DNA of 56,075 nucleotides, counting the filler, from Rhizaria sp. SCN 62-66 (taxonomy: Eukaryota), in assembly GCA_001724265.1 (NCBI GenBank). It is 4 parts of 4 records of this genome, joined end to end, with 100 filler letters (N's around TTAATTAATTAA, not from the genome) between each part and the next. Parts side by side here need not be neighbours in the genome. Positions count along the whole stretch, not along the records: positions 14,262 to 38,738 come from MEDY01000708.1; positions 38,839 to 49,016 come from MEDY01000709.1; 2 more parts are not named here. One strand, given 5' to 3'. Below are positions 32,578 to 42,210 of this stretch, in pieces (position 1 is the stretch's first letter; each line of letters opens with the position of its first letter). A program made the translations under genes and the position numbers. The notes below the pieces were generated by a model. It worked only from the letters and a program-made list of their open reading frames with translations. It searched no databases and had not been told where the DNA came from.

Positions 32578-35500
32578 ATGAACGTCGAGGGCCCGCGATT
32601 GCCCTCCGCGGCTGAGACGGCCCTGGCGCAGCTCTCGCACCCGTCCGTCTCGAGCGCCTTTCGCGGCGTCTCCGGCCAGGTCCGGCTCCCTCGTCTCGGC
32701 CAAACCGCGCTGCTAGCGATGAACACAACCTACGACTCCTCCTCCTCAGCAGCTTTCGCTGCCGACGCCACCCCGTCAGGCGGCGGCTCGGCAGCGGTCT
32801 TTTCACCTTTTGGCACCGGCGGTGACGACGCGACGTGGTCGCACCCGCGCCGCCGCTGGTGCCGACTTGCTCTGCGCGTGCGCATGGCCACCTGGCGTGG
32901 TGCATTGCTTGGCCCTCAGCCAGTGCGACTAGCGACCTCTGTCTCCTCAAACACGCTTGGTAACAGCATTAATAGGGGCAAGGCGGACGCGAAGCGGCGC
33001 GGCAAGCGCGGCGACGGCAGCGACAGCAGCGGCAGCAACAGTGGCGGCAGTGGCAGCGACACAGACTCTGACAGCGACAGCTCCAGCGACAGTGACAACA
33101 ACAGCGACGACGACGACAACGACGCTGCTGCGGACAACAACGCGAGCGCACTCGCGGCTCTCAACGGGCTCAGCCGCAACAAGACCAGCAAGAGCGGCGG
33201 CATTGACGGCGACGCCGATGCTGAGGAGCGCAGCAAGCTCCGCCGCGAGCGTCGCCGCCGCCGCCATCGCCGCCACCGCAGGACTCGCGGCAGCGGCAAC
33301 GGCGACGGCGACGGTGACGGTGACCACGACGGCAACGACGACGCCAACAGCGGTAACGACAGCGACGGTGACGACGCTGACGTGGGCAGCGGCAGCAAGC
33401 GGCGCAAGAGCAAGCGCCGCGGCGACAAGAAGGACAAAAAAGACAAGAAGGACAAACAGGACAAGCAGCAACAGCAGCCGAAGCACGGTCTAGAGCCCTC
33501 GCCGACCAACCCTTTCGCGCCCTTGATCGTCCCGAACCGCCCGCTGCGCACACGCAAGCATCTGCTGACGCCGCAGGACCCGATTGTGAAGGCGGCGAAG
33601 CGCGGCGACGTAGCACGACTGAAGCTCATCATCGACTCGTACGATCCTGGCTACGACGTGCGGTGTCTAATCAACGCACCCGATCAGGCCGGTTCACATT
33701 CAATCCTCCACACGATCTGGCCCGGGCACGTCGCCGCGCTGGCGCTGCTGCTGCTGCACGGCGCGGATCCGAACAAGCAGAACAACCGCCTCAACACGGC
33801 GCTCCACTTCGGCTGCGAGCGCGGGAACAAAGCCATCATCCACCTGCTTATCCGCTACGGCGCAAACGCGGAGCTCGAGAACGCAAACAAGCAGCTGCCC
33901 TGGCAGACGCCCTATGCCGAGGCGGACCAGCTCGCCATGCGGCTCTTTGTCGAGCGCTGCCTGCTAGAACGCAAGGGCGGGTATTCAGTCTCAACCACTG
34001 CGCTCAAGCTGCCCAATCCGCGTGCGCAGACGCCCTTCCGCGCAGAGTTCTACCGCGCGAGGTACGTGGGATATCTCATCAAAATAGCGAAATATAAATT
34101 AAACGCATTGTGTGTGTGTGTTTTTTTTTTTTTTTTTTTTTTTTTTCGAATTGTTGGATGTCTGCGTTATGTTTGTGTATTTTGTAGGGACCGTGAGACG
34201 GCTGCAAATGCGCCGTTGCAGACCGCAATCGGCGCTCTCGTCACAGCAACCGAGGCAGCAGTCCTAGCCGAGACCCATAGAGGCGCACTCAGCGGCTCTG
34301 ACGTTGGCCGCGACGACATTGGCGACGATGGCAACACGAGCGGTATCATGAGCGTGACCACGAGCACAGTCAACCCCGCCGCTGCGACTGCTGCTCATGG
34401 CGACGATAAATCACTCGTTCGTCTCGTCACAGAGCACGGCTCACTGCGCCGCCCCGGCACCTCGGCCTGGGTGCGTCCCCACGGCGGCGGCCTAACTTCC
34501 CGCGCCGGTGGCTCAACTTCCGCGAAGGCGCCCTCGACGGCGGCTGCGACGACCGCGGCGGCCGCTGCCGAGTCTGCTGCGGCGGCGTTGCGCGCACTAT
34601 CGCTCGCACCAGACTGCACGTTTGCTGCGGGCGACACTGCCGCTAAGCGGGATGGCCAGGCCAAGTCACGCAGTAGCGCAAACGCTGGCGGTGGCGCTGG
34701 CGCCAATGGAGCGAAGGCTGATGTGGACACGTACTTGCCGCCCCATTTGGCGATTTTGAAGCTTTACGCGGGAAAAAGCAAGCCCATCGATCGCTCAAAT
34801 AACGTGCCAAACTTGACTGCTCATAGGCTGATCACCAGGCCCGCGACCGCGTTTGCCGGCTCCAGCGCCGGCTTAGTCAGCGGAGCGACTGCTAACGCGA
34901 CCGGTCTTGGTGGTGGCAACGCTGCTGCTGCGGCTGCTTCTGTTGCTGGAGCGACACAGGGTTTCTCGCGGCTGCCGCCCCGGTCCCAGCACGCCGCACT
35001 GGCGCGCGCGCGCGAGACTGAGTCTCTCGACAACAGCGCTGATCCCAGCGCGAACAATGCTGGCGCGTACGCGGGTGCAGTGACGGCACGTGCACGCAGT
35101 GCTCTATCGCACCGCAGGGATAGTTCCACTCGGAACAAGACCAGCGCTACTGCTGCTTTGACTTCTGCTTCGGGTAGCGTAGCGGCTAACCATGCGGTGC
35201 CGCGCGCTGCGACTGCTCGCGTGTCCACTGCCAATGCAATTATCGCTGCCAGCAACACCAGCAATGGTAGCCATGCGGGCAACGGTGCGATGATCTCTGG
35301 CAGTATCAGGCCTGCAACCAGCGCCCGGCTTCACAACTCTGTGGGCGCCGGTGCCCACGGCCACGATGCGAGCTCACATTCGCATTCGCAGTCGTCGTTG
35401 TTGTTCCAGCAGCACAGCAGCATCACCGCGCAGCCTTCGAGCTGGGGCGTCAAGGCGCGGCTTCACGCCGCCGACGAGAGCCGCCGCCGCATCAACGGCA

Positions 35501-37494
35501 CCAACTCAAACAATAACAACACCACCACGACCGGCAACGCGAACCTCGGCGGCAGTCAGAGGCGGCGTGGGAAGAACGCAACTACTGGTTGCCACCGGAG
35601 CAACGCGGTTGATCATTTCCCGTCTCCCAGTCACGGCGACAGCGGCGACGGCGCTTTTGGCGGCAGCGGCGACGCTGGAGGCTCTGAAGCGAGTGGCAGT
35701 GAGTTCGACTCTTCCGACAGCGACGGTAACGACGCTAACCGTAACCGCGCCGACGACGGCGACGGCGGTCACGACGGCAACGGCCACCCTCGCAGTCGTG
35801 GCCGCAGTAGTGGCAAGAGTAGCGGCTTTGTGATTGACGTCCCGGGCGCCCCTGTGCCCCGCGCTGTCGGCCGCCTCGACTCTCACCTCGGCACACATAG
35901 CAGCGCCACACCACATGCAAACGGTCCTGCGTACATGCACGGCAACAGCAGCTACAACTCGTACCCTACGACTAAGCCTAAGGGTGGTTTGACCGGTCTC
36001 AACGCCCATGTCGGCGGCAGCAGCGAGTCTCTCGCTGCTGCCACTCCCGACGCTGCTGCTTCTGCGGCTGCGCCCGCTGCTGCGGGATGGGATGAGCGGC
36101 CTGCGACGTTCACGCCAGCGCGTCTGGCGCCGGCCAGTGCGGCGCGCGCGCTTGTGACGCGCCGCATCGCCGCCGCGCACGTCGCCGCGCTCGAGGCCAC
36201 GGTCGGCATTCTGCGGCGCACGGCAGCGCTGCCCTCGTCAAACAGCAGCAGCAGCAGCAGCAGCGGCAGTGGCACCAGCAGCGCTCGGGGCGATAGCGTG
36301 AGCGGCGTGAGCGTTGGTGTCAACTCCGATCGCGGCGCGAGTGAGGGACTGCCGATTGCCGGGATCAGTCTCAGGTCGCCTCTGGACATGATGACGCCAC
36401 GCCCTAACCCGAGCGGCGCTTTGCCTGACAATGCTTTCACTGGTGGCAGCAACGCTGGTGGAGTCGACGGCCACGGAACGGGCGATGCGCCAACTGCGGG
36501 TGGTCGGCGCAGTAAGACTCAGAGCGGCGCCACTGGCTCTAACACGGCTGCAAGCTCGAGCTCGAGCTCCAGCTCTAGCTTCAACGCCAACGTTAGTGCT
36601 GACGCTAGCAGCGCGCTTGCGGTACAAGTTGCGCGTGGGTTAAGTCAAGCCGCGATGTGGATGCGTCCATGGCTCTCTTCCAACGCTGTTAACGCGAGCG
36701 CGGTTGCATCTGGCTCCGGTGTTGCTCAGCCTGGCTCTGCTGGCGCCGTCAGTGCGGGCAAGGTTGGCACTGTTGGAGTTACTATGGGCGAGGCGGGGAC
36801 TGGAAAGGAGACCACCGCAGCGCGAGTCATGCATTTACTCGACCTGGCCGGTATTACTGCTAACAATAACAGCAACAACAACAATAACTCTGAGAACGCC
36901 AACGTGAACGCCAACAACCGTTTCATGAGCTCGTACGCGGGTGCGCACGGTCTCTCCTCTGCTGCGCGCGACGGGGCTCGCGCTGCTGTTGCTGGCAACT
37001 CTGGCGCTGGTACCTCTGGTGCGAGTAGCTCTGGCGCTGGCGTTGTTGTTGGCAGTGGTATTCCAGTCCTGCCAATGGATCCGAGTCGTTGGGACTCTGC
37101 GCATGATGCGAGCAACAACACCAGCGATCCCACTCAACCCGGTAAGAATGCCGAACAACAGCCGCAGCAGCAGGGTGTCGCGAGTGTCCGTGGTTGGCGC
37201 GAGCTGCGTGGTCGCGACGGCGGTCACTTAGACTCGTCTAAGTACCAAAACAACACGGATAAGGGTCTCACCACAGGTACCAACGCGGCGGCAGCGGGCC
37301 AGGGGCAGTCCGGGCGCGTCGCCGCGACTGTGAGCGCGAACACGAGCGTTGTCGCAGACGCGCGTGCGACGCTGCGCGAGATTGAGATCAAGCAACAGCA
37401 CGCTGCGCTGCGGCGCCGGGCGATGCTGGAGCGCGGGCACACGAACATGCGGAGAGCGGAGAGGCGCGATTCTGAGTTTTTGAAGAAAATTTAA
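32578..37494 (+). CDS. Ankyrin-repeat protein with long disordered tails (~1,596 aa spliced); exons 32578-34061 and 34188-37494
   Basis: Ankyrin repeats DPIVKAAKRGDVARLKLII, GSHSILHTIWPGHVAALALLLLHGADPN, NTALHFGCERGNKAIIHLLIRYGANAE. Asp/Ser-rich and basic tracts at the N-terminus; C-terminal helix; ends TAA. Confidence 0.85.
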   Translation: MNVEGPRLPSAAETALAQLSHPSVSSAFRGVSGQVRLPRLGQTALLAMNTTYDSSSSAAFAADATPSGGGSAAVFSPFGTGGDDATWSHPRRRWCRLALRVRMATWRGALLGPQPVRLATSVSSNTLGNSINRGKADAKRRGKRGDGSDSSGSNSGGSGSDTDSDSDSSSDSDNNSDDDDNDAAADNNASALAALNGLSRNKTSKSGGIDGDADAEERSKLRRERRRRRHRRHRRTRGSGNGDGDGDGDHDGNDDANSGNDSDGDDADVGSGSKRRKSKRRGDKKDKKDKKDKQDKQQQQPKHGLEPSPTNPFAPLIVPNRPLRTRKHLLTPQDPIVKAAKRGDVARLKLIIDSYDPGYDVRCLINAPDQAGSHSILHTIWPGHVAALALLLLHGADPNKQNNRLNTALHFGCERGNKAIIHLLIRYGANAELENANKQLPWQTPYAEADQLAMRLFVERCLLERKGGYSVSTTALKLPNPRAQTPFRAEFYRARYVGYLIKIAKYKLNALCVCVFFFFFFFFRIVGCLRYVCVFCRDRETAANAPLQTAIGALVTATEAAVLAETHRGALSGSDVGRDDIGDDGNTSGIMSVTTSTVNPAAATAAHGDDKSLVRLVTEHGSLRRPGTSAWVRPHGGGLTSRAGGSTSAKAPSTAAATTAAAAAESAAAALRALSLAPDCTFAAGDTAAKRDGQAKSRSSANAGGGAGANGAKADVDTYLPPHLAILKLYAGKSKPIDRSNNVPNLTAHRLITRPATAFAGSSAGLVSGATANATGLGGGNAAAAAASVAGATQGFSRLPPRSQHAALARARETESLDNSADPSANNAGAYAGAVTARARSALSHRRDSSTRNKTSATAALTSASGSVAANHAVPRAATARVSTANAIIAASNTSNGSHAGNGAMISGSIRPATSARLHNSVGAGAHGHDASSHSHSQSSLLFQQHSSITAQPSSWGVKARLHAADESRRRINGTNSNNNNTTTTGNANLGGSQRRRGKNATTGCHRSNAVDHFPSPSHGDSGDGAFGGSGDAGGSEASGSEFDSSDSDGNDANRNRADDGDGGHDGNGHPRSRGRSSGKSSGFVIDVPGAPVPRAVGRLDSHLGTHSSATPHANGPAYMHGNSSYNSYPTTKPKGGLTGLNAHVGGSSESLAAATPDAAASAAAPAAAGWDERPATFTPARLAPASAARALVTRRIAAAHVAALEATVGILRRTAALPSSNSSSSSSSGSGTSSARGDSVSGVSVGVNSDRGASEGLPIAGISLRSPLDMMTPRPNPSGALPDNAFTGGSNAGGVDGHGTGDAPTAGGRRSKTQSGATGSNTAASSSSSSSSSFNANVSADASSALAVQVARGLSQAAMWMRPWLSSNAVNASAVASGSGVAQPGSAGAVSAGKVGTVGVTMGEAGTGKETTAARVMHLLDLAGITANNNSNNNNNSENANVNANNRFMSSYAGAHGLSSAARDGARAAVAGNSGAGTSGASSSGAGVVVGSGIPVLPMDPSRWDSAHDASNNTSDPTQPGKNAEQQPQQQGVASVRGWRELRGRDGGHLDSSKYQNNTDKGLTTGTNAAAAGQGQSGRVAATVSANTSVVADARATLREIEIKQQHAALRRRAMLERGHTNMRRAERRDSEFLKKI
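34062..34187 (+). other. Spliceosomal intron, 126 nt (3n, no in-frame stop), GTACGT...TAG, phase 2
   Basis: AT-rich island with (TG)n and T26, read through by the ORF track as YVGYLIK...FFFFFFFF. Spliced junction GCG AG|G GAC. Confidence 0.88.
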
Positions 37495-37981
37495 CTGATT
37501 AAAATCTGATACATAGTTCCTTTTGTCGCTTTCACAAGCGACCTCCGAGTCAGCTCAGAAATGGACTGCAGCGGCAACGAAATCCAGGAAATTATTACGA
37601 AGGATAAATAGATCAAACAAAGAGTTTTCTCACTTGAATTGAGATATATTCTATCTTTGGCTACGGGAAAAATGTATTCATTATTTAATTCTGGTTTACC
37701 TTTCTTGAACTCAAGATATACCTTGAAACATGTTTTGCTTGTGTCGGCTGCACACTGGCCCGAGTTGGATGGAAACGATCAAGATTGCGAAATAATCATC
37801 GTCACAACAAGCTAAATTTCACGAGATCGAATATAAATCCGCGTTTTAAACATTTCTCGTTCATTATACATGGCATCATGCGCGGTGTGGTGTAATCTAC
37901 GATCATTTCTTCAGCTCACCCCCGTTGCATGTTCTTTGTATTAATATGGTTTGTTCTTCAAATCACAAAGTCTTTGTCGAG

Positions 37982-38738
37982 ATGGCGACGAAGGTGCCCA
38001 GCTGCAAATGCTGCGGCAAAACCCTTCGCGCTACTGGCAAGAGTCGTCCCCCTATTCTTTGTCATGAATGTCTCAAGGTACGAATCTTCGAACCAAACGC
38101 GCCAGTCTGGGCGCAATCCATCCGTACATTCTTTTACATTCGTTCATGGCACATAAACCACAATATCACAACGAAGTATGTTTGTGGACACGATCTCATG
38201 TTTTTCTTGGTTTTCATTTGTTTCACTTTTACATTCAGTCTGAGATTGACCTCCAAAGCGAGCCCTATTCGTCGTAGTCCGATGATAAGACTCACACTTG
38301 CAGCGACATGAGTGCCGATGGCAGTGTCGTAAGTGGTGCCATCGTGTCAATACTTGACACTCCTGCGCGTCGTAACCCTAACGTACGTATCAACTGGTCG
38401 CTAGTCAACATTTAATGCTTCCGAGAGTTGACGCACGACACCAATGCTCATGGCTCATAACGTGTGACTAATGAAGAGGACTAAAAAACCTACTTGTTGC
38501 TGACGAGTATCACATTCACAGAATTTCTTACATCACCTGTTTCCATAACATTATTATCTGCCCGATTCAAACGTTCATAGTGTTGCTACAAGCACGACGA
38601 GCCCGTACTCATGCTCTACTGGTGCGACACCTGTGTCAACGTCGTCTGCAGCCACTGCGCACTTATCAACGGTGAGCACAATAACCACGCCATCCGCAGC
38701 GTCAAAACCAAACACGCTGAGCTACGCTCTCACGCTGC
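37982..38738 (+). CDS. B-box zinc-finger (TRIM-like) protein, 3' truncated by contig end; exons 37982-38077, 38239-38382, 38581-38738; exon 2 contains an in-frame TAG (38275-38277), possibly a pseudogene
   Basis: Exon 1 is MATKVPSCKCCG...LCHECLK (degenerate RING-like). Exon 3 is CYKHDEPVLMLYWCDTCVNVVCSHCALINGEHNNH, a B-box type 2 C/H pattern. Two GTACG phase-0 introns keep the frame. Confidence 0.75.
38078..38238 (+). other. Spliceosomal intron, 161 nt, GTACGA...CAG, phase 0 (alternative acceptor possible at 38277)
   Basis: AAG|GTACGAAT donor; strong polypyrimidine tract TTTTCATTTGTTTCACTTTTACATTCAG. Confidence 0.75.
38383..38580 (+). other. Spliceosomal intron, 198 nt, GTACGT...TAG, phase 0
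   Basis: Joins ...RRNPN to CCYKHDEP (B-box) in frame. Confidence 0.8.
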
Positions 38739-38838
38739 NNNNNNNNNNNNNNNNNNNNNNNNNNNNNNNNNNNNNNNNNNNNTTAATTAATTAANNNNNN
38801 NNNNNNNNNNNNNNNNNNNNNNNNNNNNNNNNNNNNNN
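38739..38838. other. Artificial contig linker (N-TTAATTAATTAA-N)
   Basis: 100-bp N spacer, motif at 38783-38794. Confidence 0.98.
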
Positions 38839-41221
38839 CGAGCGCGGCGTCGGTGAGCCCGGCGCCCGCGAGCCGCACCGCGCGCGCGCAGTCAGGGCCC
38901 ACGGTGCCCGCCGCGAAGGCCGCCGTCAGCGCCGCCGCCGCCGCGGCCGAGGCGGCAACGCCCGGCGGCAGCGCCGCCGCAGGCCCCAGCAGCGCCGGCG
39001 GCGCCGACTGGCTGTGGCCGTGGCCGCGGCCCGAGGCGGCGCCGCAGGTCGCCCAGGACGCCGCCGCGAAGAGCGCGTCTAGGACGGCGCGGGAGGACTT
39101 GAGCCCGCGCGAGGCGCTGCCCACGTCGACCGCAGGGGACGCGAAAGGACTGCTCGTGCTGACGGCGATGGCGGCCGCGCTGGCGCCCGCGTTGCTGATG
39201 CTGTTGCCGCTGGCGAGGGCGCGCGCGAAGGCGGCGTTGGCGGCCGCGGCGTCGAGAGCGGGCAACGCGGCCGCGGTCTGCGCCACCGCCGCCGCCGCCG
39301 CCGCGCTGCTGCTGCCGCCCGCGCGGGCAGCGAGATTACCCGTGGTGTTGGAGGTGGAGAGCGGGAGCGTGGCGTCGCGCGGGTAGAATGGGTGTCCGGC
39401 GTGCTCGGCGGGCTCGTACACGAAGGCGAAGCACGTCTGGCGCATGTCCTTGGTGCGCACCTGCAGCACCCACGGCGCGGACCGCCGCACCGGCGCCGGC
39501 ACCGGCACCGGCACCGCAGGCAGCAGGCCCGGCACTGCGAACACGCTCCTCGACACACTCGACACACTGGCACTGTCGCCGCCGTCACCGCCGTCGCCGC
39601 CGTCGGCGGTTGCGGGGAGCGCGGGCGCGAGGTGCGCGGCGGGCTGGTAGCGGTACGCGCGCACAACGTGCGAGCTCGAGTAGGCCGAGCGGACCAGCGC
39701 GTCGCTGCCCGCGGACAGCAGCAGCGGCAGCGCCTGCGCCGGGCCAACCTCCGCAGAGCCACCGCCGCGGCTGCTGGCACCGCTGCTGTCGCCGCAGTTG
39801 TCGGAGACGCCGGCGACCGAGGGGCCGAGCAGAGAGGAGCGCAGCGCGAAGGCGGTGATGGTCGCGTCCGCCGCCGCCACCGGGTCCCTCTCCTTCTCCC
39901 TCGGACTGGCGCTGGCGCTGACGCTGTTGGCGCTGGCGATGACGCTGACGGGGGCGGTCGTGGCGGAGACAGCGGCGGGGGTGGTGACCGTGACCGTGCT
40001 GGCGGTCACCGAGGGCTCCGCCTCAGCCTCCGCAGTCTCAGCTTCAGTCTCAGCATTCGCGTCGACAGCGTCAGCCTCAGCGTCAGCCTCGGCAGCCTCG
40101 GCAGCCTCGGCGTCCGCCTCAGTGTCGGCGCTGTCGGCGCTGCGGCTGCCTGGGCCCCGCGTGCTGACGCTCTTGCCCACCGAGCGGCCCGGACTCGCGG
40201 GACTGCCGCCAGCAGCGCCAGCGCCAGTGCCAGGGGTTGGGCTCGCGGCCTTGGCGTCGTCCCTGCTGCTGTTGCTGTCCTTGCCTTTGTCCTTGACGCC
40301 GTCCTTGATGCCGAAGAACGAGAGGAAGCGGCTGCCGACTCCGGCCTTCTTCGACGCGCTGCCGCCCGCTGCCGCCGCCGCGCCGCCGTTCGCACTGCCC
40401 CCGCCACCGCCCTGCTTGCTGTGAGCCGTGGCCGTGACCGTGAACTCGGCGCCGCCGCCGTCCTCGTCGTCCTCTAGCCCGGTGACTGTTTGCGATGCGC
40501 CTGGTGCGCCCGAAGCGCCAGCGGCGCCGGTGCGCGCGTGGCTGGCCGCCGCGCCGAGCCCGTGCTGCTGCTGCTGCCGCTGCTGCTGCTGCTGCTGGGC
40601 CGCGGCCGCGGCGGCCGCGGCTGTGCGCGCGTAGCGCAGCGCGAGCCCCGCGGCGGCCGCGGGCGCGGCGGCGGGCAGCGCGGGCGCGGGCCGGTAGCCG
40701 TGGCCCTCGACGACCTTGAGGCGATGCACGCTCTGCAGCGGCAGCGAGCAGTGCGCGCGCAGCAGCGGGTGCGCGGAGAGCGCCGCGGCGGCTGCCACGC
40801 TGAGGCGGCCCGAGGCGGGGCACAGCACGCGCGGCGTGAAGAGCAGCCGGTAGTTGGTCACACGTAGGGAGCCCGAGAGCACGCCCGGCACGCCCGTGAA
40901 CATGTTCGTGTTGTGCAACTGCTGCTGCTGCTGTTGCTGCTGGCCCTGCTGCGGCTCTGTCCGCTGTTGGTGTTGCAGAGTGAGCGCCTCCGAGAGGACG
41001 GCGGCGGGGAGGTCGAGCAGCGCCACGTCGGGCACCCAGAAGAGCACGTGCTCGCCTGGGTTCAGCGCTAGCGCGGCCTCGTCGTCCTCTGCCGCAGCCG
41101 CAGCCGTGGAAGCAGGAGCAGTTGCAGCAGACGCAGGCGCGGCGGCGGGCAAGGGGGAGAGCGGCACTGCGCTGGCAGCGCCGGCGGCGCCGGCGGCGCT
41201 CGCAGGCGGGCTCGAGCTCAT
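38839..41221 (-). CDS. Myotubularin-family-like protein, N-terminal PH-GRAM region only (3' truncated by contig end)
   Basis: LNPGEHVL...LSGSLRVTNYRLLFTP...SLPLQSVHRLKVV and, far downstream, LQVRTKDMRQTCFAF match the myotubularin PH-GRAM pattern (LLPGE, GTLTVTNYRLYF, VPLGVI, CKDMRNLRFA). The phosphatase domain is not in the contig. Likely start MSSSPP at 41221. Confidence 0.72.
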
Positions 41222-42210
41222 GATGCGTGGGAGAGCGGAGAGCGGCGGCGCAGGGTGCTGGGGGAGCGCGGGGAGAAGCTTAGTGCGGCTGCGCGCGGTG
41301 GGTGCGAGTGAGTGTGTGACGTTGACAAAGGAGTGTGTGTTGAGAAGGGAAGCCGGGGGCTGCAAAAGCGCAGATATGAGGGGGGCGGTGAGGGTGTAGA
41401 GAGTAGCGCAACAAGGGCAGTAGAGAATTGTGAGATTTGTGCAATATATATCGTGCAGAACGGGCAACGCTGTGCTTTAAGTTAGGGACGATGACGAATA
41501 GGAGTGGCAAAGAGGGCGGTCACACGAGACGTAACAGGCGGTCCCAAAAGTGGTATTATCTATGCCTAAAAGTGGACAAACTGATCAGAAAAAGTAGATA
41601 GAGGTGTACCATAAGCATTATACTGCTGCACACCACAAATTATCAAGGAAACACGAGCTCTCGGCACATAAAACGCCGCTGCAGCAGCTGCTCGAGATGC
41701 GGGAAGCGACAGCGACGCAGACAGGCGGTCGATTGTCGACTGGTCAGTGACCGAAGACGGCTTGTGGTGACGCCTGTTGTGATTGGCGGACAAGAGTGAC
41801 AGGAGCGGGGAGAAAGGGGGATCGCGAAGAGGGGCGCTGTGACGTGGGAATAGCATGTATTTTGGTGTGTGGACTGCCATGCTTGTGGTGTCTGTCTTGC
41901 TTTTGGTTAAACTGTGCAGTACCCTAGGAAAGCGCCTCTCATCGGAGTTTAAAGAAACCAACCTTAAGGACCTCTTCCGTTTTCTCAGCTGTCCAAATTA
42001 CTAGCATTTTCGCAACAAATGTTATGCAAACCGACACACCCGTCTTTTCACTGTTATTTCCCTTGCATTTACTTTGTAATTTTGTGTTTATACTCGTCTA
42101 ATCCTTCAGCTTACACGTATATTTCCCTTTTTTATTGTCCCGGCCATGGGCTCCCTCCACCCTCCTCCGCATTGTCTCCGGATGCTGCTCGTGCCGCGTA
42201 GACACGGCAA
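41222..42210. promoter_or_regulatory. Divergent intergenic region between the myotubularin-like and PPEF genes
   Basis: About 990 bp head-to-head spacer, with pyrimidine-rich leaders on each coding strand. Confidence 0.35.
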
